DNA of 64,000 nt from a virus: IMG/VR virus record IMGVR_UViG_3300027747_004417, one strand, 5' to 3'. The translations under genes were made by a program, and so were the position numbers. Below are positions 9,657 to 20,272 of this stretch, piece after piece. Under the pieces are notes generated by a model. The model searched no databases and was not told the origin of the DNA. It saw only the letters and a list, made by a program, of their open reading frames with translations. Every line of letters begins with the position of its first letter. The first letter of the stretch is position 1.

Positions 9657-10374
9657 TTATTTTTCCTTTATTTTCTTCAATTTTCTTCACTAATTGCTCA
9701 TGCCTCAGAGTTAATGTATTTAATACTTGCTTTTTTATGTTCATATCATCGGGCAGTGCAACAATAGTCTCTACAAGTTCACTCTCTAGCTGTCCGCCTA
9801 ACAGCATCTTAAGATTTAATTTTTGGGTAAGTTTCTCGGACCAGTATTCTTTCTGTGCGTTAGTATCGTCTAAGCTTTTTAAGGGTTCGACCTTTTCTAA
9901 GCTTTTAAGCATTTCCAAAAAGAACTCTAATTCCTCTTCTATATACTTTTTTCTGCTTAAAAGTTGGGCAATATTGGATATTGTTGAGTTTTTCTTCCTT
10001 TTTATTTTTTTGATTTTTATTCTGTTTTCTTTATCTTTTAGCTCCTTCATTTCTTCATTATTGCCTTCAAAACTGGCTAATTTTAGCATTTCTTCTTCTA
10101 GTCCTAATAATTCAAGGGTATCGTTTTGCTCTTCAACTTCTAAGCTCAATGATTCTAGGGATTCTTTCCTAGCCTTGATTTCCCTCAAACACTGCCACAT
10201 TTTTGCCTGTGTTGTCGGTTCTTTGCCTATTACAAAATATCTTAGTTGGAAAAAGCTGTGCCTTTCCGGGACCGCACTCTCTATAGCTTTAGAAATTTCG
10301 TCTTTTTTAGAGTTTCCTATCATCACCTCTTCCTCACTCTCTATCCCCGACAACCCGATTTGATGGTTTGACAT
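9646..10374 (-). CDS. Hypothetical coiled-coil protein (242 aa)
   Basis: E/K/L-rich helical ORF coupled to the downstream gene; GGAG upstream. Confidence 0.7.
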   Translation of the reverse strand: MSNHQIGLSGIESEEEVMIGNSKKDEISKAIESAVPERHSFFQLRYFVIGKEPTTQAKMWQCLREIKARKESLESLSLEVEEQNDTLELLGLEEEMLKLASFEGNNEEMKELKDKENRIKIKKIKRKKNSTISNIAQLLSRKKYIEEELEFFLEMLKSLEKVEPLKSLDDTNAQKEYWSEKLTQKLNLKMLLGGQLESELVETIVALPDDMNIKKQVLNTLTLRHEQLVKKIEENKGKINGK

Positions 10375-10444
10375 TTATTCTCCTTTGTATTAAAGTACTC
10401 AATTAAATAGAGTTTCCTGCGGTTTATTATGGAGGAGAAATTAA

Positions 10445-10960
10445 ATGAACTATTTGAATGGTAAAAGAGCATACTTATCTGGTGCGATAGAATTTGGGGA
10501 GAAAAGTCATAATTGGCGCATAGATCCAATAAACGTTATGACAGCCAGATTTGGTATAAACGTTTTTGACCCATTTAGCGACCCAAAGCAGCAGTGGGTT
10601 GACCAGCTAGATATTGCAAGAAGCAATAAAGACTATTTAAAGATAAGAAAAATAGCAAGAAACTTTGTTAGGAAAGACCTTTGTATGGTTGATAGGAGCG
10701 ACTTTTTGGTTGCTTACATGCCATATAAAGTTCCAACAACGGGAACCATACACGAAATAGTAGTTAGCAATGAAGCAAAAAAGCCGACTCTTATAGTTTG
10801 TCCACAAGGTAAAGAGAACGCTCCAATATGGCTTTGGGGCATTTTACCCGAGAATTATTTTTTTGGTTGTTGGGATGACCTCTTCAACTACTTAGAAGAG
10901 GTCACACAAGGTAGGCATTCCCAAGATGATAGATGGGACTTTTGCTGCGGGCTGATTTAG
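10445..10960 (+). CDS. Nucleoside 2-deoxyribosyltransferase-like / nucleotide N-glycosidase family protein
   Basis: AYLSGAI, DLCMVDRSDFLVAY, GTIHEI, KPTLIV motif order; strong GGAGG RBS. Confidence 0.7.
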   Translation: MNYLNGKRAYLSGAIEFGEKSHNWRIDPINVMTARFGINVFDPFSDPKQQWVDQLDIARSNKDYLKIRKIARNFVRKDLCMVDRSDFLVAYMPYKVPTTGTIHEIVVSNEAKKPTLIVCPQGKENAPIWLWGILPENYFFGCWDDLFNYLEEVTQGRHSQDDRWDFCCGLI

Positions 10961-11493
10961 CATATTTTTACATTTGCTATAGCCTTAAATTTACAACCTT
11001 TGCTTATAGCTCTACAAGCCCATATTGTTTTTACGAAATCTAGTCCTCCGTCGTTATCTATGTTACCGATATCTTTAAAGGTACTAGTATTGACAAGTAT
11101 TCCATTAAGCGTGCCGCCTACAAAATCTGTCTTTCCTTCGACTATTGGAAAAAGTATATCTTTCTCGCTTTCTATAAAACCAAAATAACGTAGGTCTAAT
11201 TTTGGAGGAACTGTGCTTCCTGCAAACACTATAAAGTTCCATTCCGCTTTAGCATTTTTCATTCCTATATTTATAAGGGAAGAAAAAGTGTTCTTTCCTT
11301 TAAAAGTTGGACATATGTCTTTCATCTCTTTTATATCCCTAGCTTTTGCACTATCGTCTGTTGCACAGATATAATCCGCCTCAGGATATTTTCTTTTAAT
11401 AGAGTTGGCTGTCCCCTGTAAAAGCTTTACTGCTCTCTCGGAGCAAAGTATTACAAAGCCAAAGTTTAGCTTCTTGTATTGATACATTTTCAT
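10957..11493 (-). CDS. Degenerate GT-A (GT2-like) fold protein
   Basis: FGFVILC, LINIGMKNAKAEWNFIVFAG and GILVNTSTFKDIG resemble GT2 elements; DxD not evident. Confidence 0.4.
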   Translation of the reverse strand: MKMYQYKKLNFGFVILCSERAVKLLQGTANSIKRKYPEADYICATDDSAKARDIKEMKDICPTFKGKNTFSSLINIGMKNAKAEWNFIVFAGSTVPPKLDLRYFGFIESEKDILFPIVEGKTDFVGGTLNGILVNTSTFKDIGNIDNDGGLDFVKTIWACRAISKGCKFKAIANVKIC

Positions 11494-12374
11494 GATTGGG
11501 CAACGTCAAAATCGACTCTAATCACATCATATTCTGTTATAGAGTTGAGCAGTGTAAATGTTCCGTTCATGTGATTAGGTGTAAACATGTTTTTTTCTTG
11601 CTTAATCATGTTAGAGCTTGATGACCATGAAGAGTCTAATGGGTTTTTGGGGTAGAATATCTCATATTCACTACTTAGCCTTATTCCGTTTAAGTAGACC
11701 CTTAAGCTGCCCTCTATGTATGCTGTGCTGCTTCCGCTAGCATCATACTCATTTGTTGCCTCATCTGTTAATTCTGGCTCTATATCGTAATAATGTCTAT
11801 GTGCATACTGTAAGGAGGTATTTAAGATGGGCTTGATAGTATTTGGTCCTACACCTACTTCCCAGCTTATAAAAGAAGATGGCTGAAATTGTATCTTGCC
11901 TTGCTCAAACAGTATCACGTTCGAAGGGGTGCAAGCTTCATCAGTGCAAACCTCGATTGATACACTGGTTGCATTTGACGGAATGCCTGCAAGCTTATCT
12001 CTTTCTGATTCTAGCATTCTCACAAAAGGAACTGGGTTTACAACTTCTGTGTAGCCCAATGTTGAGTTGTAGTACTCTAGCTCAGATGACTCAACGTTTT
12101 TTGTTCCGTCCGAGTGTTCCGCTATGTTGTGAAGAGACTCGTCTATTGCTGTGCTTTTTAAGTTGCCATCTTCATCTATAGATTGGTTTATTCTATTTGC
12201 TATGTTGCCCTGGGTCCCAGCAGCGTCATTGAGTATTTGCGAATGTTTGTCTACTGCATTGTTTATTACATTGTCTCGATCCGCCAGTGTTTTTAAAGGC
12301 AGATTGTCATAAGTCCAATGGTATGGCTGGTTGGCCTCATGCTGAGGTACCGGTAATTTTGTTAAATCTGGCAT
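11490..12374 (-). CDS. Putative virion structural/tail-associated protein (294 aa)
   Basis: Operon position; DNLPLKTLADRD coiled N-terminus and LRVYLNGIRL beta module. Confidence 0.55.
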   Translation of the reverse strand: MPDLTKLPVPQHEANQPYHWTYDNLPLKTLADRDNVINNAVDKHSQILNDAAGTQGNIANRINQSIDEDGNLKSTAIDESLHNIAEHSDGTKNVESSELEYYNSTLGYTEVVNPVPFVRMLESERDKLAGIPSNATSVSIEVCTDEACTPSNVILFEQGKIQFQPSSFISWEVGVGPNTIKPILNTSLQYAHRHYYDIEPELTDEATNEYDASGSSTAYIEGSLRVYLNGIRLSSEYEIFYPKNPLDSSWSSSSNMIKQEKNMFTPNHMNGTFTLLNSITEYDVIRVDFDVAQS

Positions 12375-12375
12375 T

Positions 12376-12504
12376 TTATAAGTCTGGCTCCCATGGTTGG
12401 TCTTGGTCTCTCTCTTTATCTTTCTCTCTTGCTTCCGCTAGCATTCTGTTTATTCTTTCTATAGCTTCTCTATTATTAATTTTTTCTAACCAATAATTTA
12501 TCAT
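12376..12504 (-). CDS. Small charged protein (42 aa), not in ORF track
   Basis: TAAGGAGG RBS; MINYWLEKINNREAIERINRMLAEAREKDKERDQDQPWEPDL; exactly fills the gap between operon genes. Confidence 0.65.
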   Translation of the reverse strand: MINYWLEKINNREAIERINRMLAEAREKDKERDQDQPWEPDL

Positions 12505-12512
12505 CACCCTCC

Positions 12513-12983
12513 TTACACAAAACTTAAGCGCCAATTAAAGGTTATTTGCATTTCACTTGTCTTATTTAAATCAGGGAATGTTACCATGCTGTATAAATCT
12601 CCTGAAGACATTTGTAGGGCCATTTCGTTTAAGGCACTGCCATTAGCCTCATTGAATCTTAAAACGGATGTAAACGTCACCTGGTTAGGCAGGTTAGAAT
12701 CTACGTTTGAAAGTACAGGTTTTGAAACAACCTCAGTACCAAACAGTCCATTTCTACTTACATTAACGTTCTTTTTTGTTCCACTAGCTGTGCCGCCGTC
12801 CCCAAATATCATCCTAGATATGTAAAGGTTATATTCTCCTTCAAAAGACCTTGCCAAAGACTTTGCTAATGCTTGTCTTCCTTTCATAAGTACAGTGTTT
12901 TTAAAAGAAAAGTCTTCTTTTCTTCCGTCTATGTACTCTATGGTTCCATTAACATGACCTAAAGCTTTTATATCTTCATTCAT
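12513..12983 (-). CDS. Baseplate/tail-fibre attachment protein (tail-collar-fibre N-terminal-like)
   Basis: NTVLMKGRQALAKSL, ISRMIFGDGG, VTFTSVL, LNEMAL, KTSEMQITFNWRL pattern; baseplate context. Confidence 0.6.
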   Translation of the reverse strand: MNEDIKALGHVNGTIEYIDGRKEDFSFKNTVLMKGRQALAKSLARSFEGEYNLYISRMIFGDGGTASGTKKNVNVSRNGLFGTEVVSKPVLSNVDSNLPNQVTFTSVLRFNEANGSALNEMALQMSSGDLYSMVTFPDLNKTSEMQITFNWRLSFV

Positions 12984-15900
12984 TGTTTTCCCTCTTTTTG
13001 TATTCTACCGTAAAAGAAACTTCTTCTTCTTGGTTCACTAGATCTTCTACCCCACCCTTTGACAGCCCAGAAACTGTGTTTGATCCATTTTCAAGGATAT
13101 CGCTTGTTATTATTGCCCTTCCATCTCTATCCAAGGTTGGAAATGTGTGTGTAGGTAAGTATGTTTTCTGTCCTATAATTGTAGCCTCTTTTTTGTTATA
13201 TTTTAGTACTTCAAAGTTTACGGAAGACCCACTTAGTCCAAAATACTGCGGTGATCCTGCTAAAGTCACTACGTCGTCGTTTATTTCATATATCCAATAA
13301 GCTATACCATTAATTATAACGATAAAGTTCTCTTTAAAAGAGTTATTTTCAAGTAAATCCCCACCGCTATAAGAAGATCCATTTTGGATCCCCAACACCG
13401 ACTCCGTTGCTCCGCTTTGAAGCTTTAACCCTTTAAAGCTTAAATAACCTATTTTATCTTTTACCACCTTTTCTCTCATATCAATCGTAACGCCGTTCAT
13501 ATCACCCTGATCGTAATTTACTAAATAATATTTATCATTTGTGTTCTCCACAACACCAGAAACATGGTACTCAACTTCATCGATCTTTTGATAATAATTG
13601 TCTCTAAACAAAATGTTCTTTATTGGATGAAACGATGTATCTAAGGAGGTTACGACTCCTCTTTTTTGTACAATAATTCTTCCTTTGTTTGAGCCTCCAA
13701 CAGAAACTCCATTGTCTTTTAGCGTCCAAGTTTCTCCTGTTGTGTTAGAAGAAGGTAATAAAGAGTCGTAGTCTAATACTATTTGTCCGTTAACTATATC
13801 TTTTATTGGAAAAGTTCCATAGGAAAGCTCTACATCCCAAGCATACAAAGCCGTCGAATTTTCTACATCCTTTAAAGTTTTTATTTGTCCTTCATCTACT
13901 CCTAAAGTAAAGTCATAGTCTTCATCTGTTATGTAGAACAAACCATCCTGTAGGATATTGCAAAGGCTGCCGTTTATTGGATCAACTTTATTACTTACAT
14001 CGAATGTGAATGCACTAGAACTTAAAACGCCTCCATCAAATGGAGAGTCAATAACATTGATAGGCTCTAGACTTGAAGGGTCTGTTATCTTCAAGGTGTT
14101 GCCATCAGAAGACAATACAACAGTATACTCACCCGAAATAGCAGAAGGTTCCTTTACTTCAATAAAAGATTTTTCATTGGGAGCTATGCCACAACTGGAG
14201 AGAACAACATCCGGACAGAAAACCACCACTTCTTCATTCGAACAAGTTCCTGAGCCTTCATAAACAGATTCCTCATCAGCCAAATCTGATCGGGTCAGCC
14301 CCTCTGTAGGGTAGTTCAACATAATTCTAAAAAAATAATTCTGTGCATGACCAGCAACCATAAAGTCAGAACCTAAATAATTAACTAGCATCTCCAAGCT
14401 TTCTTGGGAGGGTTCTACAAACTCATTTATGCCTCCTATAAAGTTGCATGTGTGCATCATCGCGTGGAATGGGGTGTTCTCTAAAATTGTACCTTTTACT
14501 TCCTCTATTTTTTCATCACTTATTTGCTCAACTTCTACATCGATGTCATAGCTGCTGCTTATGCAAGCATAGCACGGGTCTGTAAACGACTTGTCTATAT
14601 CGCAAGGGTCCAACGAATCTCTGATTGATCCGTTGTACTCTTCCATGTGGTAGATGTTTTCGCTATAAGGAAATTCTGTTCTTATCTTTCCAAACACTAG
14701 CGGATCAAAGAATGGATTCCTTTCTGGAATCAGCACATTGAACATGGGATCATCTTCTCTTAAAGCACGAACATTCCAGTTTTTAGGTGGATTCTCAAAA
14801 CTCCTGAACGCTACAAAAGTGTTATTGTTTGTGCTAGTAGCAGCGGCAGAGACCTTTACCGTTGAGAAGTTTATTATTTCTAATATTTGCACAACATTCG
14901 CAAATTCAGGACAAGATATTTTTTGTCCCACTCTAAATTCTGACGATAAAGGAAGACCACTAATAACATTAGATCCAGACTTGACTTTTGCCTTTACTAT
15001 TGATTTGGGATCACGCATGTCTATTAAAGGTAAAAGTCTAATATAGTTTTCTATGTCTTGTTCACTTGGATCATTTACTTCTCTATACTTGTAAACAATC
15101 CTAACCTCATCTCCTTCAACCAGTGGCATGGTTCCTACCCAAGAAAACTTTGTAACACCGTCTTCTGTATAAAAATCAAAATCAGTTTCATTTATTTCTT
15201 CCCATTCTATGTTCTGAGCCGACCTAAACCAGAATTCAAAGTTCGACGACTCTGCCGGAAATATGGGGTTTTTCTCTAAAGTAAACTCTCCATTTTCACC
15301 ATCGAATACAAAAGACTCCTGCCAGGTTTTTGAAGAAATTACCTGCCATAGATGTGTGAATCCCTCTAATTTTGCTCCTATGTGTCCAAGGGCTTCTGAC
15401 AAGCCTCCTTTGGTGCCTTTCTTTTTGTACAAAGGTACCGCTCTTTTAATTTGACCTCTCCATCTAGTTGGATCATCAGTTTTCAGTTTTAGGCCAAAAT
15501 AATTAGATAGATAAGGAAGTAAAAACTCATGAAGCGAGTTAGCGTCCTGCAGATCGACTAGTTGATTCGCTAAGTCTTCTAAAGACTTAAACCCAGAAGC
15601 AATAGACTTATTAGTACGTGAAATAACGTCAGGCGATACATCGCCAGAAGATATTTGCGTTTTAAACATTTCGGGAAGATATCTGTCTAGCAAAGTTTCA
15701 TATTTGTTTTCTTTTGTATAATGACTAGGCAAAGAAGTTGTTGTTTGCGTGTCGCTCTCAAGATAAAACCTTGTCTGGTTCGATAAAGAGTCCCCAGCAG
15801 GCAAAGGCTTCCAAGTCCAACAAATGAAGTAGTCGCCTTCTCTTGCTTTTTTCGGTTCCCATATATATTTGAACTTACATGTGTCTGTGTTTTCTATAAT

Positions 15901-16200
15901 TGCATTGTCTGTGTCCGTTGATAACCAAGCTGGATAGTCATTTGTTCCTATCACTGCTATGGGCTCGGCTTCCCTAAAGTAAAACTCAGTTTGATATTTG
16001 TCATCTCCTACTTTTTCTTCGTATTTCCTTAAGTTGCCGCTCGAATAGTCTCTAGAAACAAAATAAATTGTTAGCCTGCTTACCTCGTAGGGATTAGACA
16101 ACAGAGAACCTCCTGCATTTGGCGTTTCTAGCTCAAATACAATTTTGTCTGTTATAGTTGGGTTCTCGCTTGTTTTTTTTTCATTCATAGTTGAACTCAA
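12976..16200 (-). CDS. Baseplate wedge protein (P2 gpI / T4 gp7-like), 1074 aa
   Basis: LLPYLSNYFG..RWRGQIKRAVPLYKKKGTKGGLSEAL motif; follows the gp6-like gene. Confidence 0.7.
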   Translation of the reverse strand: MSSTMNEKKTSENPTITDKIVFELETPNAGGSLLSNPYEVSRLTIYFVSRDYSSGNLRKYEEKVGDDKYQTEFYFREAEPIAVIGTNDYPAWLSTDTDNAIIENTDTCKFKYIWEPKKAREGDYFICWTWKPLPAGDSLSNQTRFYLESDTQTTTSLPSHYTKENKYETLLDRYLPEMFKTQISSGDVSPDVISRTNKSIASGFKSLEDLANQLVDLQDANSLHEFLLPYLSNYFGLKLKTDDPTRWRGQIKRAVPLYKKKGTKGGLSEALGHIGAKLEGFTHLWQVISSKTWQESFVFDGENGEFTLEKNPIFPAESSNFEFWFRSAQNIEWEEINETDFDFYTEDGVTKFSWVGTMPLVEGDEVRIVYKYREVNDPSEQDIENYIRLLPLIDMRDPKSIVKAKVKSGSNVISGLPLSSEFRVGQKISCPEFANVVQILEIINFSTVKVSAAATSTNNNTFVAFRSFENPPKNWNVRALREDDPMFNVLIPERNPFFDPLVFGKIRTEFPYSENIYHMEEYNGSIRDSLDPCDIDKSFTDPCYACISSSYDIDVEVEQISDEKIEEVKGTILENTPFHAMMHTCNFIGGINEFVEPSQESLEMLVNYLGSDFMVAGHAQNYFFRIMLNYPTEGLTRSDLADEESVYEGSGTCSNEEVVVFCPDVVLSSCGIAPNEKSFIEVKEPSAISGEYTVVLSSDGNTLKITDPSSLEPINVIDSPFDGGVLSSSAFTFDVSNKVDPINGSLCNILQDGLFYITDEDYDFTLGVDEGQIKTLKDVENSTALYAWDVELSYGTFPIKDIVNGQIVLDYDSLLPSSNTTGETWTLKDNGVSVGGSNKGRIIVQKRGVVTSLDTSFHPIKNILFRDNYYQKIDEVEYHVSGVVENTNDKYYLVNYDQGDMNGVTIDMREKVVKDKIGYLSFKGLKLQSGATESVLGIQNGSSYSGGDLLENNSFKENFIVIINGIAYWIYEINDDVVTLAGSPQYFGLSGSSVNFEVLKYNKKEATIIGQKTYLPTHTFPTLDRDGRAIITSDILENGSNTVSGLSKGGVEDLVNQEEEVSFTVEYKKRENNE

Positions 16201-17734
16201 TGCTTATTATATCTGGTCTTATTATTTGTCTGTAATTAGTTACAACATAAGTACCACTGTTGTTGGGATCATCGGTAGAGAGCATAACCTCTATCCTTAT
16301 TATTTCTTTTATATCATTAATAGCCTTGATTATATCAACGTCTTTTACGTTTTGATCATATTCCCAATTGTTTAATGAAAAGAATTTATTCACTCTATTT
16401 TCTACTTTTATCCTTATTTCGCTTTCAAACTTTCTATAAAATCTATCCATTATTACATCTATCGATACGTCAAGATTAATGATCTCTCCATTTTTTATAC
16501 ATACATGATCTGTGACCATTTTTAGCTCATCCATCCTCTGGTTTAGATCGTTCTTTAGCTCGTCAGAAGCTACTTTAAGTTTATCTGTTCCGTCTAAAGC
16601 CAAAACATAAAGGTCTATTATGTTCCCAGAGCAACCGTAGTTTCTTAGCACGGCATTAGATTTACCTATTTGTCCATGATAAGGAGTGGCAAATTGATCA
16701 GCTACAGTTTTGTAGTCTAAACCTGTGACTGCTCTATTCTGAACTCTTATCCATTTGGGAAGCTTATATCTGATGTCTTCTATTGTGTCTCCATCATATC
16801 CGTTGCTTCCTCGCGTGTAATTTGAAAAAGTTACTGGGACAGGGTACTCAACTCCAGCGGTGTTTATAATTGTTTGTTTTGTTACAGTATTACTTACAAG
16901 GTTTCCAACTGAACCGCCTCCTTGTCGATATACAACCCTAATTAAACTGCCTTGAGAAGGTATCAGTCCAGCTCGATTATTGCCGAATATAACAAAGGCC
17001 TGATAAGCCGAGTCAAATTCAACTCTATATTCTCTTCTTGGTTGAGAGTCTGTAAAGTATTCTACCCTTTCCCATTCTACGCCATCAACAAAAACCCTAA
17101 TAGAATCGTATATTACAGGGCTATCAATTAATGTTAAAGTTTGTGATATTGTTCCACTGCTTACTGTCTCTCTTGTTCTAGTTCTGCCTTCTAATCCTAT
17201 AACGCTAGCATTTGCAATGGCACCAGCAGGTATGATTATGTCCCTATCAAATATAGGAACATTTTTTGAATCAGCTGGATATAATTCTATGTATATTCTG
17301 GTGTCGCCCGCATTAACAGAAAGATCGAATGGAGCTGGTATCACTAGATCTGTTAATATTGGATTGTTTAAACTTGCTGTCCAAAGAGAAGAAGCAGCTA
17401 TTGGTGGTTGTGGCTGAAAACCTACAAGTTTTGCTAGTCTAAATGCATTGTCTATTTCTGTTACTGTGTCTATGAAAACCTCATTGGCTATTTGATCTAT
17501 TTTAAAGCTTAAAGTATCAGCTATAAAAGCCCAGTTTTCTATTAGCATTAAACCTAAAGACGACTCTACAAAATCTGTAAAATCAGCCGGAAATTTTTGT
17601 CTAATATAATCTATCAACCTGGTCTTCATGGACCAGAAGTCTTGGTTGGTATAGTTTAAATTAAATATATTTGGGGTTTTAATTGCGTTAGACTGTGCGT
17701 AAGGACTAACGTCAAAAGGGCAATTTTCAGTCAT
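16181..17734 (-). CDS. Baseplate wedge subunit (T4 gp6 / baseplate J-like)
   Basis: NYTNQDFWSMK..DFVESSLGLMLIENWAFIAD..RLAKLVGFQP and RAVTGLDY motifs. Confidence 0.88.
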   Translation of the reverse strand: MTENCPFDVSPYAQSNAIKTPNIFNLNYTNQDFWSMKTRLIDYIRQKFPADFTDFVESSLGLMLIENWAFIADTLSFKIDQIANEVFIDTVTEIDNAFRLAKLVGFQPQPPIAASSLWTASLNNPILTDLVIPAPFDLSVNAGDTRIYIELYPADSKNVPIFDRDIIIPAGAIANASVIGLEGRTRTRETVSSGTISQTLTLIDSPVIYDSIRVFVDGVEWERVEYFTDSQPRREYRVEFDSAYQAFVIFGNNRAGLIPSQGSLIRVVYRQGGGSVGNLVSNTVTKQTIINTAGVEYPVPVTFSNYTRGSNGYDGDTIEDIRYKLPKWIRVQNRAVTGLDYKTVADQFATPYHGQIGKSNAVLRNYGCSGNIIDLYVLALDGTDKLKVASDELKNDLNQRMDELKMVTDHVCIKNGEIINLDVSIDVIMDRFYRKFESEIRIKVENRVNKFFSLNNWEYDQNVKDVDIIKAINDIKEIIRIEVMLSTDDPNNSGTYVVTNYRQIIRPDIISIEFNYE

Positions 17735-18176
17735 TTATACCTCCTGGTAAAGGCACTTCCAGTGTTAGCTCTTGAACGCTTTGTATCTCATTTGGATCAA
17801 CAAAAATTATTCTTATGGCTAATAAGTGGTCGATTTGGCTTTTGTCATCTAATGGATTTAAAGCACCTTCATCGACTTTAGTTAGTACTTCTACCTGTTT
17901 TAATGCTATTCTTGGTTCCCACTGTTTAATTGAGTTAATTATTACATTTCTTGCCTCTGATATTAGCCTTGGATCGTTGGGCTCAAAAATAAGCTTTTTA
18001 AGGGGTGTTCCAAACCTCGGATTCATAACTCTTTCACCCGGATTGGTCAATAAAAGTATTAATAAATCTGATTTTATTTGATCGACGTCCTGTGACTGAG
18101 AAGAAAAGTATCCTCTTACTGTTTTTTGTACTGGATAAGGGAAACCTAAAAATTTAGCCATACTATCTCCTAACAC
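17727..18176 (-). CDS. gp25/GPW-like baseplate wedge (sheath initiation) protein
   Basis: IKSDLLILLLTNPGERVMNPRFGTPLKKLIFEP..IKQWEPRI; ATG at 18161 is a likely start. Confidence 0.92.
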   Translation of the reverse strand: MLGDSMAKFLGFPYPVQKTVRGYFSSQSQDVDQIKSDLLILLLTNPGERVMNPRFGTPLKKLIFEPNDPRLISEARNVIINSIKQWEPRIALKQVEVLTKVDEGALNPLDDKSQIDHLLAIRIIFVDPNEIQSVQELTLEVPLPGGIND

Positions 18177-20263
18177 TTAGCAAAAGGTTTAAACATAAAT
18201 ATTGATACCGGACTTCCATTGCATGAGCTAGCAATAACTCTATTGCTTAAGCACACACATCCTTTGCATATGTCATAGACCAAAATAGGTGCCGGGCACG
18301 GGCCAAATCCGCTATCATCCCCCGGAGCGGGACACTCGTTTCCAGCCAATAAAAAGATGTACTCTTTAGCAAGGAATAGATGGCTTTTTTCTGTCACATT
18401 AAGATATACATCTTTTGTATACACTAGTTTAAGTTTAGATATTATTTCAATCATATTAGAAGGCCTGCTGCAGCCACCTATGTCTCCCACCACAGTTATA
18501 TGATCGTCTGTTGTAAGCACGACATAATTACCAGCTACTCTTAAAAAGACTAGACCAGGTCCACTGGGTGCTTCTTGATATCTGTGTATATGAGGACCTC
18601 TGCAGTTGTCTTTGTGTGGACAGAATATTTGGATGTATTGCTGCTGAGTAGACTTTTGATCGAAGTCATCACCAAAATGCATTTCTAATCCATAACCTGT
18701 TCTTATTCTTACAAAAGCTTTGTTTGCATTTGGTATTGGTATGCCACCATCTTTTTTACAAGGGCTGCATTGCTTGTTGGTATTGTCTACCATGTCTATG
18801 GTGTGATTGCTGGTAGACTGTAGATGAATACCTCTTTTTTCACCCGCTTCGCATTCCGGCACTGTGTGATCATTCAATTCTATCTTATTACCAGTGGCAG
18901 TTAGTATTCTTATGAAGTTAGTATCTTCTCTTACGCAAGGTTTACAGTCTAACTCTACGTCGCTCATTTCTATTCTATGGCCTGTCGCAGACTGCCAATA
19001 AGTTCTACCTTCATAAAGATTTGTACAACCAAAGTCGAACTCTCTTTCCCATATTGGATCTCCAAAAGGCTCTGCAACTGAGTCGTCCATTACAAACGTG
19101 TGTCCGGACATAGACATAAATTGGATGCCTGACTGAGGAAGGTCTACGGTGGGATTTTGTGGAGTATTTGGTCCTCTGTAGGGCCTGCATTCTTGTCTAT
19201 GCTTGAAGTATGGATTAGATCCAACTTGAGATTTCTTGTACGTAGATCCTTCTGCACTAGTGGATGGATGCCCTCCTATTATTTTATCATTGCTTTTTGT
19301 GCCACATGGACCACCCTTGTCGCATGATGTATTTTCTTTTTTTGTTCCTTCTTTGGGAGTTATATCCTTAGCGTTGGCAACCTGCTCCGCAGTTGGATTC
19401 GGCACGCCTGTGTCTGATCCTGCTGCAACACCTTCCACGCAGCTTGTGTCTCCATAACTTACTGTTCCTCCGCACTGAGGATTTGCCCATTGACCGGCAT
19501 AATGCAAATGATCATCTTTTAGCATTATCCAATTACCGCAACTCGACATTATTTCAAATCTTTTCCACTTTCTGTTACATTTGGGGTCTCCGTCTACCAT
19601 TTTAATGGTGTGCTTTTCTGGTGTTCGGAAACCATATATGTTTGGATAGGTTATTAGCTTTTGAGCCTCAGGCTTTTCTGCAAAGTCAACAACTGTGTTT
19701 AAGTCATAACCGTTATAGTTTTCTGTGTTCCATGGCGGAAAGACCTGCGAACCATCATCAGGACCCACCATGTAGCCTTTTCTATGCCCCTCAGAAACTT
19801 TATAGTATTCTTCTATGTTGATGCCCCAATTGTGGTTTCCGTCTGGGCCTCTGTTTCTGTGCCAAGCTGTTCCTATGTAATATGCTGATTGTCTGTTTCC
19901 ATTTTCAAATACTATGCACAAAGTGCTCCCTGCTGGCGGCACCCATGTTAAGCCGCAATCATCAAAACCTCCCATCGATGAAACAGGAAAGGCCCAAGGA
20001 TATTCTTTTATTGGCCTCTTTGGGTCATGGAATATTGGACAATACCATCTAACTCTGTTTTGCTTCCATATGTCTATGGTTTCGAGACATAAAGCGGTAT
20101 ACATGCCAAATTGCATTTGTGGCTGTTCTACAACTGTAGAGTTTGCCACCAACTCGGCTTTTACCACTCCTTTCATCTCATAGTTTATATTTCCTAATCT
20201 GTTTTCTAAAGATGCTATTCTTTTAGTTAACTTTTCTATGTCTCTTTCTGTGATTATACCCAT
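18170..20263 (-). CDS. Baseplate central spike (gp5/VgrG/GpV-like), Cys-rich
   Basis: OB-fold motif PWAFP..GLTWVPPAGSTLCIVFENGN..YYIG; repeated SGH.IE beta-helix-type units. Confidence 0.8.
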   Translation of the reverse strand: MGIITERDIEKLTKRIASLENRLGNINYEMKGVVKAELVANSTVVEQPQMQFGMYTALCLETIDIWKQNRVRWYCPIFHDPKRPIKEYPWAFPVSSMGGFDDCGLTWVPPAGSTLCIVFENGNRQSAYYIGTAWHRNRGPDGNHNWGINIEEYYKVSEGHRKGYMVGPDDGSQVFPPWNTENYNGYDLNTVVDFAEKPEAQKLITYPNIYGFRTPEKHTIKMVDGDPKCNRKWKRFEIMSSCGNWIMLKDDHLHYAGQWANPQCGGTVSYGDTSCVEGVAAGSDTGVPNPTAEQVANAKDITPKEGTKKENTSCDKGGPCGTKSNDKIIGGHPSTSAEGSTYKKSQVGSNPYFKHRQECRPYRGPNTPQNPTVDLPQSGIQFMSMSGHTFVMDDSVAEPFGDPIWEREFDFGCTNLYEGRTYWQSATGHRIEMSDVELDCKPCVREDTNFIRILTATGNKIELNDHTVPECEAGEKRGIHLQSTSNHTIDMVDNTNKQCSPCKKDGGIPIPNANKAFVRIRTGYGLEMHFGDDFDQKSTQQQYIQIFCPHKDNCRGPHIHRYQEAPSGPGLVFLRVAGNYVVLTTDDHITVVGDIGGCSRPSNMIEIISKLKLVYTKDVYLNVTEKSHLFLAKEYIFLLAGNECPAPGDDSGFGPCPAPILVYDICKGCVCLSNRVIASSCNGSPVSIFMFKPFAKC

Positions 20264-20272
20264 AATTTGACC

